Of a DNA stretch of 64,000 nt, positions 21,359 through 32,356 are shown in pieces. The translations under genes and the position numbers were made by a program. The stretch comes from a virus (Duplodnaviria; Caudoviricetes): the IMG/VR virus record IMGVR_UViG_3300021255_002539, positions 320,001 through 384,000 of that record; one strand, written 5' to 3'. Below the pieces are notes generated by a model that was not told where the DNA came from, ran no database searches, and was given only the letters and a program-made list of their open reading frames with translations. The first letter of the stretch is position 1. Each line of letters starts with the position of its first letter.

Positions 21359-22345
21359 ATGAAGATACGTATATTCTCAGACATCCATGTTGACATCAAC
21401 GAGCATTTCCCCTTTTCCTTCAAGGGAGAAGACAAGGACATCTTTACCTTGATCCCAGGGGATGTATCTGGCAATGTCAAGTTGACAGCAAATTGGATTG
21501 AGCAGAACATCCACAATGGCATGTTCATAGCAGGCAACCATGACCCCGCCTACAACGATCTTGGATGGACAATCAAGAGGCAGAAGCAATATCTCGCAGA
21601 CAGGTTCCCCCTTGATGGCAATGTGACATTCCTGGACGAACAGGTTGGGGTGATGTCAAAGCCAATACCCAATACCAACATCCTCGTTGTTGGCTCCACG
21701 CTCTATACCGACTACCAGTATGCGTCTGAATGGACAGTCAAGGCAATCGAGGACGCCAACAACAGAAGGAAGGAATATGACGAGCCGCAACTCACACTGG
21801 ACGAGGTAAACACATCTGCCGCATTCAGGGGACTCAATGACTTTCGGTGGGGTCATGTTGAGGACGAAATTGAGATTGGCAAGCAAAGGTATGTCCGTCC
21901 CCACGACTACAAGAAGTGGTTTGACATCACCTTCAAGAAGATCCAGGAGATTGTGGAGTCCAACCCTGACCAGGACATAATCGTGATGACCCACCATTGT
22001 CCGACGCCAAAGTGCATCTCAGAGCGGTATGTGCAGAACAACATGAACGCATCCTATGTCTCTGACCTGGAGGACTTCATCTTCAAGCATCCGAACATCA
22101 AGGTGTGGTGCTGTGGGCATGTCCATTCGCAGTTCATGTCCCAAATTGGCGACAACAAGCAGTGGATAGTCTGCAACCCCAGAGGATACGAGAGGGAGAT
22201 GGAGAGTCAGACATGGAACCCCAACACCCTCATAGACACCGACACTTGGGAATTGACCACTGCTCCATACGAGAACAAAAAGCTCGACGATGCGAGAAAG
22301 AAGTTCCACGACGACTTCATGAAATACGCACCGTTGTTCTTCTGA
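21359..22345 (+). CDS. Calcineurin-like metallophosphoesterase
   Basis: SDIH, GD, GNHD, THH, GHVH, NPRGY. Confidence 0.9.
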   Translation: MKIRIFSDIHVDINEHFPFSFKGEDKDIFTLIPGDVSGNVKLTANWIEQNIHNGMFIAGNHDPAYNDLGWTIKRQKQYLADRFPLDGNVTFLDEQVGVMSKPIPNTNILVVGSTLYTDYQYASEWTVKAIEDANNRRKEYDEPQLTLDEVNTSAAFRGLNDFRWGHVEDEIEIGKQRYVRPHDYKKWFDITFKKIQEIVESNPDQDIIVMTHHCPTPKCISERYVQNNMNASYVSDLEDFIFKHPNIKVWCCGHVHSQFMSQIGDNKQWIVCNPRGYEREMESQTWNPNTLIDTDTWELTTAPYENKKLDDARKKFHDDFMKYAPLFF

Positions 22346-22346
22346 T

Positions 22347-22718
22347 ATGCGGAACATCCCTAGACTCTCCAGCAATTCCCTCCCAATCATCGTGAAGAGG
22401 TTGGGGAAGAAGGCTGCACAATCGAAGTCCAAGTACAGAATCTCGGCAATGGGCTTCGACAAGCGGGGAGAATTCATGGCGCAGGCATTCAATGGGCTTC
22501 CACAGGATGGCGTCATTGGTCCAGGGTCAGGAAGACACGCCGAAGCCCTGTTGATGGCGAAATATGGTGACTTGCTCAAAACCATAGTCATATCCAGAAT
22601 TGGACATGGTGGGGAATGGAGACCAATTGAACCATGCCACAACTGCAGGAAGATGGCCGACAAACTGGGCGTGAAGTTGATAACGATTGACCAGTGCAAG
22701 GGAGAATCAGATGGTTAA
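22347..22718 (+). CDS. Zn-dependent cytidine-deaminase-like protein
   Basis: HAE...PCHNC. Confidence 0.7.
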   Translation: MRNIPRLSSNSLPIIVKRLGKKAAQSKSKYRISAMGFDKRGEFMAQAFNGLPQDGVIGPGSGRHAEALLMAKYGDLLKTIVISRIGHGGEWRPIEPCHNCRKMADKLGVKLITIDQCKGESDG

Positions 22719-23019
22719 GCGGAGTTGTGTACACTACAGATGGAATGGAGACTATTCTCAGGACTTGTGCATGAGGGGTGGTGAACACGCAATCACCGAC
22801 TTCAATTGCAAGAATTGTCAGGACTTCATCACGCACAACAGGGGACTAAAACCATGTCCATTCTGTGGTGGTAAGGCGTACTTGGACAGAACCTACGACT
22901 TGAAGGACGAATGGGAGGTCTTCTGCCAGAAGTGCTTGGTCTCGATGAAGAAGCGTGGAGACATCAAGCGGGTTGTTGATGCTTGGAATTGCCGCAAGAG
23001 CGGCAACAAGCTTCCTTGA
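22711..23019 (+). CDS. Lar-family (restriction alleviation-like) Zn-finger protein
   Basis: LKPCPFCGG...C..C...AWN. Confidence 0.7.
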   Translation: MVKRSCVHYRWNGDYSQDLCMRGGEHAITDFNCKNCQDFITHNRGLKPCPFCGGKAYLDRTYDLKDEWEVFCQKCLVSMKKRGDIKRVVDAWNCRKSGNKLP

Positions 23020-23650
23020 CAATCTCCTGGCATGACTTGAAGGGATTTGCGAATGGCGAGAACTCCCCATAGTGGATTCCAGCCTTGAACCTCCACCACT
23101 GATACCCTTCCTCATATGTGTCGAATGTCTCGTTGACGAAGCAGGTTCTGTTTTTGCTCATGTACTGAAACTCACCTGACCTCAAACCTTCCTCAGCATC
23201 TGCCATTGTTGGATATGACTTGCTAAAGGTGAATCTCCATTTGCCATTCTTGAGTTGATGCCCGTGGTGCTTTTCGCAATTCCAGCCATTCTGAATTGGG
23301 GAGCAAGGACGCAAGTTCTGGATTCTGTTGTCCAGTCTGTTCCGATTTTTGTGGTCAATAACCTCTCCCCAAGCCGGTATCATGTCGTTCAAGTAGGCTA
23401 CAACCTGATGCAGAGGGACTCCAAAGCAGAAGACATAGCCATTCTTGTTGACCTTCCACCCAGACCAAGGCAACTGTAGCCAAGTCTTGTCGTCCAATAT
23501 GAATTCGTTGTATTCCCCATTTGAATTACATTGGTAGTTCAACGGTTTTACTACAGCAATGCCATTGACAATGTGGAATTGGTTCTCAATCCCAGGTTCC
23601 TTGATTTGTTGATAATGGTTGCCAAACCTACGGACGAAGTTGTATGTCAT
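22964..23650 (-). CDS. HNH homing endonuclease, possibly with AP2-like C-terminus
   Basis: LHQVV...IDHKNRNRLDNRIQNLR...N. Confidence 0.8.
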   Translation of the reverse strand: MTYNFVRRFGNHYQQIKEPGIENQFHIVNGIAVVKPLNYQCNSNGEYNEFILDDKTWLQLPWSGWKVNKNGYVFCFGVPLHQVVAYLNDMIPAWGEVIDHKNRNRLDNRIQNLRPCSPIQNGWNCEKHHGHQLKNGKWRFTFSKSYPTMADAEEGLRSGEFQYMSKNRTCFVNETFDTYEEGYQWWRFKAGIHYGEFSPFANPFKSCQEIVKEACCRSCGNSKHQQPA

Positions 23651-23670
23651 CTGTATCTCCTTGATGTCGT

Positions 23671-24855
23671 TTACCGATATCGCCCAATTACCTGCAATCT
23701 GAATTGGTTCTTGCACGGCACTCCTACATTGTACTTCTTGAGGGAGTTGAAGTGGGTGTGGATGGGCAGGACTATTGTGAAGCCAGACGCGCTTTTGTTC
23801 ATGAGCATTGGCATCGACACAATGGCGTCGTAGGTTGGCTCCACCTTGTTCTCCAGATCTGTCTTGTCGTACCCAAACACGAACTGCCCTGGCTCGTATG
23901 TGTCGAAGAACACCATGTACTCGTCGTTGGCGAAGTCCTCGTCGAACACAATCTGCTTGAAGAAGATGTTGGTGCCATACCTCAAGTTGTTGAACTGCTG
24001 CACTGGTGGGTCCTCCCAATCGTCAACCTCCCACACATCCCTCATCAAGTCCTCGTTCAGAAGGACTGGGAACAGATTCTGGTTCTCGATGTACTTCTGA
24101 GAGAATATGGTCTGGTCTGACTCGTCCCACACCGGCGACTTCATCCTGAAGTACCTTCTGTCGGCAATCTTGACCTGTTGGTTCGCCTTTTCGTCGAATC
24201 CATACTTGATGCTCATCTCCATTATGCCATTGGTGGACTTCCTGATCTCGCCATATGCCGTTTCCTTGACCTCGTTCACCAATGTGTGCTTCTTGCTCTC
24301 AATCCTCCATGGGGTCTGCAGGTTCGAGTAGTCCTTCCTCAGCAAGTTGCTCTCAATCTCGTTCGCCCCAATCAAGCCATGATCCTCAGCAACATGCTCG
24401 TCCAGAAGCCCCTTGAACACATCCACCACGACATCCCTGAGCCCATTCAAGTCCTGAAGCAAGTACGACATCGGATTCAGAAGAACCCAATTCGTCTTGC
24501 TGAAGTCTGGTATGCCATCCACCATGTCGTATCCTGGCATCGCGTTGTTCAGTTGCTCGGATGTGGACATCAACAGGAACACGAACTCCCTCTTGCCTTG
24601 CTCCACAGTGTTCTGGTTGTCTTGCTTGAAGTACAGAACCACATCCCCCTTGTTGTACGATACAGTGGAATCCCACATCGTTATCGCCTTCCCAATCGAA
24701 TCTACCCCAATCCTCTTCTTCACATCATCGGTGAGGCACTGCATCTATTTCAAAACCCTGTGTATCCCCTGTATGGTCAAGGGTTCGTTGGGGGAGAGGA
24801 ACTACACATCTTGTATCCTCTGCTTGAACCAGCTATAGTCAATCTTCGTTGCCAT
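23671..24855 (-). CDS. Hypothetical, probably virion protein, 2 in-frame TAG near N-terminus
   Basis: ATG 24855 overlaps the end of the upstream gene; in frame with ORF 23671..24744; WDSTVSYNKGDVVLY motif. Confidence 0.7.
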
Positions 24856-25264
24856 GTCTCTTGCTCAAATCGTAGTCAATTATGTCCTTAAGCTCGTCCT
24901 CGTACTCCGACTGGAAGGAGCCAAACCCCAGAACCTTGTTGTTATATATGCAATAGAAGCACTGTCCATAGTCGTCCAGGAAAACAGGAACAGAAACCCC
25001 TTTGTAGGTTATGGTCTCCACATAATCCTCCAACTCAATCTTGAAGGTGTCAATCCCAACGAAGAAGTCCTGAAACTCCGACAGCGACTTGAACAAACCA
25101 CAACACTCCCAATTGTCCCTGTCCACAGAGTATTCGCATGGTCTGTCCATATCGACCACCCCACTCAAGTTGTATGTGTACCTGTAGTAGCCAGGCTGCA
25201 AGTGGCGGCCGTCCTTGTCAATCTCAGAATCCAGTTTGTGTATTATGTAGAATGTCGTGTTCAT
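24839..25264 (-). CDS. Hypothetical protein
   Basis: 141-aa ORF after GGTAAATA. Confidence 0.7.
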   Translation of the reverse strand: MNTTFYIIHKLDSEIDKDGRHLQPGYYRYTYNLSGVVDMDRPCEYSVDRDNWECCGLFKSLSEFQDFFVGIDTFKIELEDYVETITYKGVSVPVFLDDYGQCFYCIYNNKVLGFGSFQSEYEDELKDIIDYDLSKRHGNED

Positions 25265-25334
25265 ATCTTAATTATATGTATTTACCATTTCCATCCAATG
25301 TTGTATAATATAATGGCAAGGAAAGGCTAAAAAC

Positions 25335-26429
25335 ATGAGGATAATCGAGGAAACGCAGTTGGACTTCAGCGACTTGTTGATTTCGCCGAAGAGAAGCACA
25401 TTGAACTCACGAAGCGAGGTAAGTCTGCTCAGGACATTCAATTGGACAGGTCTGGATGGAAAGACCACCAACACATTGGAGTGCATTCCGATAATGGCGT
25501 CGAACATGGCGACTACTGGTACGCCAGAGATGGCGAGGATATTGACAAAGCGGGGCTTCATGTGTTGCCTGGAGAAGCACATCCCAATTCAGGAGATTTG
25601 CGACTTGTATGTTGAACTTGAAAGAGCGGGGGTGCAGAGCTGGAAGTCAAATCCAATTGAATACACCCAGAGACTGGTACCATCAATTGGCATCAAGGAA
25701 AGTCTGGATGGGTTCAAGCGGTTGGCGGAGGAACACAAGGTCACTTGCGTGTGCGTGGATGTCCCAAATGGCTACATCCCCAACTTCATGACGCGGGTGA
25801 AGGATGTCGTGAATCTGTTTCCAAATGCTCTGGTGTTCGCAGGGAATGTGGTGACTGGGGACATTTGCCAGGATCTCATATTCAATCACGCCACGGTGCC
25901 GAAATGTGGCTTAGGTAACGGAAGCGTCTGTGTTACTCGAGCAAAGACAGGCGTTGGTCGTCCACAGGCATCCACCTTGATTGAATGTGCAGACGAATGC
26001 CATCAGGTTGGGGGCTTCTGCTTGTGCGATGGTGGATGCACGACCCCAGGAGACATCGTAAAGGCGTTTGGCTGCGGGGCAGACTTCGTGATGCTTGGTG
26101 GCATGTTCGCTGGCGTAGAGGAAGCTGCTGGCGAGATCGTGGAGATTGACGGCAAGCGGTTCAAGCAATTCTATGGCATGTCGTCCAACCTGGCCCAGGA
26201 GAAGCACTTTGGGGGAGTCCGCTCGTATTCAACCACAGAGGGTCGGGAGGTTCTGATTCCAGTCACAGGGACGCTTGACGAAGCACTGGACGACATAGAG
26301 GGTGGCATCAAGTCAGCGATGTGCTACATTGGTGCCAGGCAGTTGAAGAACATCCCAAAGAACTGCACGTTCTACAAGGTACACAACCAGTTGAACACCA
26401 GGTTCGCAAACTGCCAGCACATACGCTAA
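25335..26429 (+). CDS. guaC: GMP reductase
   Basis: LDFSDLLI.PKRSTL.SRS, GLGNGSVCVTR, DGGC..PGD, MLGGMFAG, FYGMSS. Confidence 0.9.
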   Translation: MRIIEETQLDFSDLLISPKRSTLNSRSEVSLLRTFNWTGLDGKTTNTLECIPIMASNMATTGTPEMARILTKRGFMCCLEKHIPIQEICDLYVELERAGVQSWKSNPIEYTQRLVPSIGIKESLDGFKRLAEEHKVTCVCVDVPNGYIPNFMTRVKDVVNLFPNALVFAGNVVTGDICQDLIFNHATVPKCGLGNGSVCVTRAKTGVGRPQASTLIECADECHQVGGFCLCDGGCTTPGDIVKAFGCGADFVMLGGMFAGVEEAAGEIVEIDGKRFKQFYGMSSNLAQEKHFGGVRSYSTTEGREVLIPVTGTLDEALDDIEGGIKSAMCYIGARQLKNIPKNCTFYKVHNQLNTRFANCQHIR

Positions 26430-26430
26430 A

Positions 26431-27567
26431 TCAATAAGGCGTATAGTCGTCTGTCCCTTCTGGGTTCTCGGCTTGCAGTTCTTCCTCGGTTGGTGCTATG
26501 TTCTCGTCAACATCCACCCAAGGCCTGGTTTCGATTGGCTAATAAGGTAGACCCCATTGATTCATGTAGTTTTGGGATTGTATCAACTGCGTCATGTGAT
26601 CTGGCGTAATCTCAACTTCTTGGTCATACAACCTATGCCTTGGACTCACCCATGTCAATCCGTCTCCGGCCTCTGGCTTGTATCCAAATGGCTTGTTTAT
26701 CCAATCTGGGGCCTCTAGTTCCCCTGTGTCTGGGTTCTTCTGGTAGTCTATGATCCAATCCAACATCTCGTATTCTGGATATGGAATCTGCCCATTGTCG
26801 AGCTTGTCCATGTAGTTCTCTATGGACATCTGATGCTGCTCAATCTCTGATGGCTGGTCGATTCTCCCCGTGTTGTTCTTTGGCACATTGTCCTGGTCTG
26901 GCTCCAGATATGGAACAGCGTGGATTTCCGCCGATACCTTCGTGATTGGCGCGATGAATGGATTGGTGAGACCGAGTTCACCTTGCTCAGTTCCCCCGAA
27001 TATGTGCGTCTTGTAGGTGAAGTTCAAGGTTGCTGTGTGTATCTCGTCAGTGTCCTTGGATATGTCTGGCGAGGACTCTATGTTTATGTCAGGGGACATC
27101 ACGACCTGGGATGTGTACTTGACGTTTCGGTACTTCGGGTGTCTGCTCGACACATAGACATCAGTGTTGAAGAATGGCATAATCTGCCCCAGCATCATGT
27201 CTATGTCCGACAACCATCGAGAGGCCAATACCACCGTGTACTGGATGTCTATTGGGCATGGCGTGTAGAGGTTGTAGTTTACGCGGCCTTCCTGTTCCTG
27301 GTTCTTGATTTCGTTGTGGAGGTTGGTTATCCTGGCAGTCGCTATGGACAACCCAGTCCTCTGGACAGTAATCAATGGAAGCGTCAACCCCTCCTTCTCC
27401 AAGTTCTTGAATATGCGGTTTCTGTCGGCCAGAACTACTGGAACATCTATTGTAACACGGGTCTTGTTCTCGTCGTCCTATGACCTCGTTATCCTGAAGT
27501 TCCTGAACAACCCCGAGAACAGGATGTTCGCCAATTTCAATTCGTTGTTGAAGTTTCTTATCTACAT
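26431..27567 (-). CDS. Tail sheath stabiliser/terminator (T4 gp15-like), 3 in-frame TAG including codon 2
   Basis: M[*]IRNFNNELK...F...DVPVVLA...LPLI...PCPIDIQY...QIMPFFN; readthrough ends at TGA abutting guaC. Confidence 0.8.
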
Positions 27568-27588
27568 GGAATATACCTCAATTGGTAT

Positions 27589-27885
27589 TTACCATGTTCC
27601 ATCGTAGAAATATCTGTCATAGTCCCAAACTGGGCAAGGTGGCGACCCCACAATGGTGTAGTCCTTGTAGTTTGCACATATGTCGAGTCCCCTTTGCCTC
27701 ATTGCGTCAAGTAGGATGCCGAAATCAGCATCTTCCTCCAAATAGGCATAGTCACCGTCCATAAATGAGAACTCGCTTATCTTATCGGCTATTCCCAAGG
27801 CAACCAAATCCTTTTTTGGAACTCTCATCCATCCATGGCTTGGATCTTCGTAGAAGCAATAGTCTTCGGATTGTTTGAACTTCAT
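27589..27885 (-). CDS. Hypothetical protein (DPSHGW...YLEED family)
   Basis: Common phage motif. Confidence 0.7.
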   Translation of the reverse strand: MKFKQSEDYCFYEDPSHGWMRVPKKDLVALGIADKISEFSFMDGDYAYLEEDADFGILLDAMRQRGLDICANYKDYTIVGSPPCPVWDYDRYFYDGTW

Positions 27886-27912
27886 TGTATACTATTCCTT
27901 TCTTCAACCACA

Positions 27913-29451
27913 TTATACGCCAATTCCAAATGTCTGTAAAGTCAAGTTCTTGATGTCTTTGCCCCGAAGGATTATGACATTGTTCGCCAACATACACTGG
28001 TGCTTGGCTTCCATGACTTTGCATTTCCATTCGTATTCCTCGTCAGACAAGTCTCCCTTCCAAGTCAAGTACATTTCTTCTTTTCCAGTTGATTCGTTGA
28101 TTCTGAAGAAGTTATCGCCCTTGACTTCCACTATTCTGTCACCAACAAGAAAGTCTGGATGATATGTATGATGCGTTCCTTCACAATCAAATGGAATTCC
28201 TATTGATGGTTGGTACTCGAAGGGAATGTGGTTCTCAGTCAGGAAGTCATAGACCTTGAATTCCCACGAATTCCAAAATGTCATGTCTGGGTACTTGGGG
28301 TTCGTATACCGCTTGTGTGCCTTGGATGCGAATTCATTGGATTGCGAATAATGTGAAACGCCATATTTGCGCTCACATGTTTCACATATCTTCTCCTTCA
28401 CCTCCTCTGCCTGAAACGAATACTCAACTCCAAAACGTTCCTTGCATGTCTCCCGACTTTGTTGCTTCGATGATTCCAATTGGGAAGTGAATTCAACTCC
28501 ATGCTTCTCCAAGTTGTCCCTCTTCATCTTCTCAAATATCTCTTTGGATTGAAGTGGATGCTCAACACCATGATTCGCAAGGCAAGTCGCCTTTGACTTT
28601 TCCAGCAACTCGGTGTTTTGCAGAGGATGCTCGACATTAAAGTGCAGTTTTGTCGTCTGCTTGGCCTTCTCCATGAAAACCTTGCTTTCCAACGCATGCT
28701 TGACGCCGTGGCGTTCAAGCATCGTCTCCTCAATTCTTCTTCTGATGGTTGGAGACTGCAATCCAGTTCCGCCATGCCTCTCCATGTTCGTCCTGCGTAT
28801 CTTCTCCTTCGTTTTCTCCAACCTGCATGTCGCCTGTGCCTTTTCGCGTATCTCTTTTATCTGATATGGATTCGTGACGCCGTGCCTCCTGACCATCGTC
28901 TGCCTCATCTTCTCCTGAACCTCCTTGTTTTGGCATGGATTTTTGCACCCATATCTTAGTTCGCAAGTCTTCTCAATCCTCTCACGAATCTCCTTTGATT
29001 GAAATACGGACGAAACTCCATATCTGCTCTCGCAGGTTCGTTTCAACTTGTTTTTGGTCTCATCCAACTGCATCATGTTCTTGACACCATGGAGTCTGAT
29101 GCATGTTTCCTCTCTACGCTTCACGACATCCTCATCCTTGCCCATGCATGCATAGCAGCAATGTTCCCTGAATGCCTTTTTGCGCTTGTTCCATCTAGTT
29201 GGGTTCTTCCCACATGTTTTGCAGATGGGGGCAGATTTCAACCCATGCTCAAGGCAGTACAGACGCGCCTCGAACATAATGTCTCGTTCTGCCAAGAAGT
29301 CAGTTCTGCGCTTGACCTCTCCTATTATGTTCGCGCATGCTTTTCTGAACTTATTCGGCGAATATCCAAGAGACTTGACTTGCAAAAGGAGCTCTTCGTC
29401 AGATAGTTGCTTTAGTTCGTCAGAAGTATAGTGTATAATTGACTTAGCCAT
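27913..29451 (-). CDS. Putative homing endonuclease with (K/R)(Y/H)GV helical repeats and C-terminal PD-(D/E)xK domain
   Basis: About 12 T...HGV/YGV repeats; YHPDFLV..IVEVKG. Confidence 0.75.
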   Translation of the reverse strand: MAKSIIHYTSDELKQLSDEELLLQVKSLGYSPNKFRKACANIIGEVKRRTDFLAERDIMFEARLYCLEHGLKSAPICKTCGKNPTRWNKRKKAFREHCCYACMGKDEDVVKRREETCIRLHGVKNMMQLDETKNKLKRTCESRYGVSSVFQSKEIRERIEKTCELRYGCKNPCQNKEVQEKMRQTMVRRHGVTNPYQIKEIREKAQATCRLEKTKEKIRRTNMERHGGTGLQSPTIRRRIEETMLERHGVKHALESKVFMEKAKQTTKLHFNVEHPLQNTELLEKSKATCLANHGVEHPLQSKEIFEKMKRDNLEKHGVEFTSQLESSKQQSRETCKERFGVEYSFQAEEVKEKICETCERKYGVSHYSQSNEFASKAHKRYTNPKYPDMTFWNSWEFKVYDFLTENHIPFEYQPSIGIPFDCEGTHHTYHPDFLVGDRIVEVKGDNFFRINESTGKEEMYLTWKGDLSDEEYEWKCKVMEAKHQCMLANNVIILRGKDIKNLTLQTFGIGV

Positions 29452-29587
29452 GTTCAATACCCTTTTATTGGATGTGGTCAGAGGTTGGTTGGAGAACGGT
29501 CAATTCCAATCGACCTCGTTTGTTTTCATCTATAATTATACAGTTTTTTTGTAAATATACAATGTACCAAACAAAGGTGATTAAACT

Positions 29588-30325
29588 ATGAACAAGAAAC
29601 TTAGAGTAAAGCATCTCATAACAGAATCCGATATACATGATTATGACTTGGTGAAGGAATCCACAAAGGATGGTTCCACTATATTGAAGTTGGCTGGTCC
29701 ATTCGCGGTATGCGAGACCTTGAACAACAACAACCGTATGTATCACTTGGAGGAGATGGTTGAGGAATGCAAGAAGTTCCAGGAGGTAATAGACAACCAC
29801 CGCGCACTTGCTGAACTTGAGCATCCAGACGACATCAACATCAATCCAGACAGAGTTTGCGCCAGAATCACGAAGTTCTATCAGGATCCCCATGACGAAA
29901 AGACCTTCTTGGGCGAGGCTATCATAATGGGTGGTGATCCTGCACACGGCATTCCTGGAACGCCTTGTGGTCAAATCGTCTCGTCGCTGCTCCAGTATGG
30001 AACCAGGATGGGATTCTCCACCCGTGGTCTTGGAAATCCAGAGGAGGACATGGATGGCAACACATATGTTGGCGATTTCCAGCTGATCACGGCGGACCTC
30101 GTCTGCGACCCGTCAATTGGCAGATTCTGCGACGCCAAGTAGGAATCGAAGGCTGTTCATGGCATTCTGGAGTCGGTTGAATATCTAGTGGACTCCAATA
30201 GGCTGGTAGTTGAATCCAGGGTTGTTGACCAACTCAAGAAGGACTTGAAGGTTCTGCCAAACGATTCTGCCGAGAGGTACATGAAGATGAAGGGCGCAGT
30301 AGACAGGTTCTTGCGTGGGATTTAA
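29588..30325 (+). CDS. Prohead core protease (T4 gp21-like), 1 in-frame TAG (30140)
   Basis: NNNNRMY, AELEHP, GFSTRGLG, DLVCDPS; the conserved V.GILES.EY motif lies after the TAG. Confidence 0.9.
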
Positions 30326-30362
30326 TGCTGCATAGATGACAAGCAAACGAGGTAAAAGCGAC

Positions 30363-30962
30363 ATGATTACGATTCACAAATTGGTGGCGAACAGCATAAC
30401 GATAACTACTGGACCAATTGTAAAGGCTGAGACGCACATCAAGTTCGTCGATGGAACAGAAGACAACTACTTGATAGAAGGAGCTATGGACTGCCAAGCA
30501 TTGATTGACGCAGGATTGATGCCACCTGGAAGTGGAATAGAAGAGCCACCATCTTGGATAACATATCCAGCTGAAGTCGAAATTGGAAGCGCGGTGACGA
30601 GCATTGGGGATAATGCGTTCTGGGAGTGCAGAAGTCTTACGAGTGTGACGATACCAGACAGCGTGACGAGCGTTGGGAAGTTTGCGTTCTTGAGCTGTAG
30701 CGGGCTGACGAGTGTGACGATCCCCGACGGTGTTACGAGCATTGGATCTTCTGCTTTTCAAGGTTGCAGCGGTCTTACGAGCGTGACGATTCCTGATTCG
30801 GTGACGAATATCGGGGATAATGCGTTTGACGGCAACATGAGGTTGATGAGCGCGACCTTCTCTGGAAAGACCAAGGCAACTGTCCGAACCATGGCACACT
30901 ACTATTGGGGGTTTCCTCCCGGCTGCACTATCCATTGCACAGATGATGATATTACAGTGTAA
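30363..30962 (+). CDS. BspA-type leucine-rich repeat (LRR_5) protein
   Basis: VTSIG..AF..C.GLTSVTIPD repeats. Confidence 0.85.
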   Translation: MITIHKLVANSITITTGPIVKAETHIKFVDGTEDNYLIEGAMDCQALIDAGLMPPGSGIEEPPSWITYPAEVEIGSAVTSIGDNAFWECRSLTSVTIPDSVTSVGKFAFLSCSGLTSVTIPDGVTSIGSSAFQGCSGLTSVTIPDSVTNIGDNAFDGNMRLMSATFSGKTKATVRTMAHYYWGFPPGCTIHCTDDDITV

Positions 30963-30996
30963 TATGAGCATTACAATGTAATGAGAACATCACATA

Positions 30997-31030
30997 GAAA
31001 GAGACCACCATCAACTTGGTGGTCTCTTTC
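30997..31030. terminator. Bidirectional hairpin terminator
   Basis: gaaagagaccacca...tggtggtctctttc. Confidence 0.75.
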
Positions 31031-31144
31031 TTCATTTAATCATCGTGACGATGACAACGCCAATGAAAACCAACCAAGCAATCAATGTTCCCCAAATGAT
31101 TGTGGCGAACACCAATGCGAGAAAGACATTCTTCAATCGGTCAA

Positions 31145-32356
31145 TCATAATGTAATCAAGTCCTTGTTCTTGAGATACGGAGTTGGATCAAGCAGCCTCT
31201 TGTCCCTATCACCCTCAAGTTTCCAACCATCAAGGTGACAAGTCTCTGTGCGCAGTTCAAGGTGGAGCATCGCAACCGAGTGGTTCCTGATGTCGGGTCG
31301 ATACTTCTCTGGCCTGAGGACGGGTGTGACACGTCCTACAATAGTAACTCCCCTAATCACGCCTTCCCCAACCTTAATGGTTGGCTTCTTAAGCTCGCCA
31401 TATGTGACCACGCCGGATTTGCCTTCGACCTTTACGCACCAAGTTGGGTTCCACCATGGGCAATCAGCCTTCTGGCCAGTGAACTCGTATACTGCCGTGA
31501 CAATTCCATCTTCAACAGCATATACAGGGGCATCTGCATGGGTGTAGATGTCCACTCCCTCGTGGATGTCGAACTTGCGTATTGCGCCAAATGCACCTGG
31601 CTCGTAGAACCTCGGAATGTAGTCCCTGAACTTCTCCCTGCACTTTCCACGGACGAACTCGTTGCTGTTTGCGTCATACACGAATTTGCCGAACATGCCC
31701 TTGTCGTTCTCGGATTGTCCATTGTATACGGGCTTTCCAAGCAAGTCCTCCTGCTTGATGGGTTGATACCAGACATGTCCCTCAACGATGTTCTTGATTG
31801 TGGTGATGTCAGCGAGACCACCGATTCCAATTCCACCACATGCCAGGTTCTTGACAGTAGGCTCTATGAACCTGACGAAATCGAGTGAGTCGAGATATGT
31901 CCTGTTCTTCTGGTAAATCGGCCCTTGGTACATCATCGAGTTCATCGCCTCGCAAATGTAGAGCTTCTTTCCACAACCCATCCATGCAGCAAGGATACTG
32001 GACACGAAATCGTCGGCTACACCATTTGCCATCTTGCCAATGATGTTGTAGTCTGCTGGACAGACAACGCAAACGTCGGCCCAACGAACAAGGTCTATGT
32101 GCTTGACTGGGTGGGATGGCTTGTCGTGCCAATCAAGTGCCTCCCGTTCAATTGAGATGTAGTTGGAGTAGTGGTTGGTGTAGAATGTCTGGCTTTCGTC
32201 GTCCTTTGAGTTGCTTCCCTTGCTCAACGCCATCATCTGACCTGCTGCCTTGGTCATGTAGTGCTTGACCTCGTGCCCATCTTCCTTGAGTTGATGCGCC
32301 AGCTTATGGGAGAGGTAGGCCGAGACAGAACCAGTGGATAGTAGAAGGATGTTCAT
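31145..32356 (-). CDS. coaC: CoaC-like flavoprotein (PPC decarboxylase) fused to an M23-peptidase-like domain
   Basis: TGSVSAY, HIDL..WAD, PADYN.IGKMANG.AD, AMNS.M, LACG..G.G; C-terminal HEGVD...VYAVEDG...LHLE...DP. Confidence 0.8.
   Translation of the reverse strand: MNILLLSTGSVSAYLSHKLAHQLKEDGHEVKHYMTKAAGQMMALSKGSNSKDDESQTFYTNHYSNYISIEREALDWHDKPSHPVKHIDLVRWADVCVVCPADYNIIGKMANGVADDFVSSILAAWMGCGKKLYICEAMNSMMYQGPIYQKNRTYLDSLDFVRFIEPTVKNLACGGIGIGGLADITTIKNIVEGHVWYQPIKQEDLLGKPVYNGQSENDKGMFGKFVYDANSNEFVRGKCREKFRDYIPRFYEPGAFGAIRKFDIHEGVDIYTHADAPVYAVEDGIVTAVYEFTGQKADCPWWNPTWCVKVEGKSGVVTYGELKKPTIKVGEGVIRGVTIVGRVTPVLRPEKYRPDIRNHSVAMLHLELRTETCHLDGWKLEGDRDKRLLDPTPYLKNKDLITL

Noticed and set aside
20420-30962. 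Diversity-generating retroelement acting on the LRR genes
   Set aside because: No reverse transcriptase and no adenine-specific TR/VR pair seen in the window
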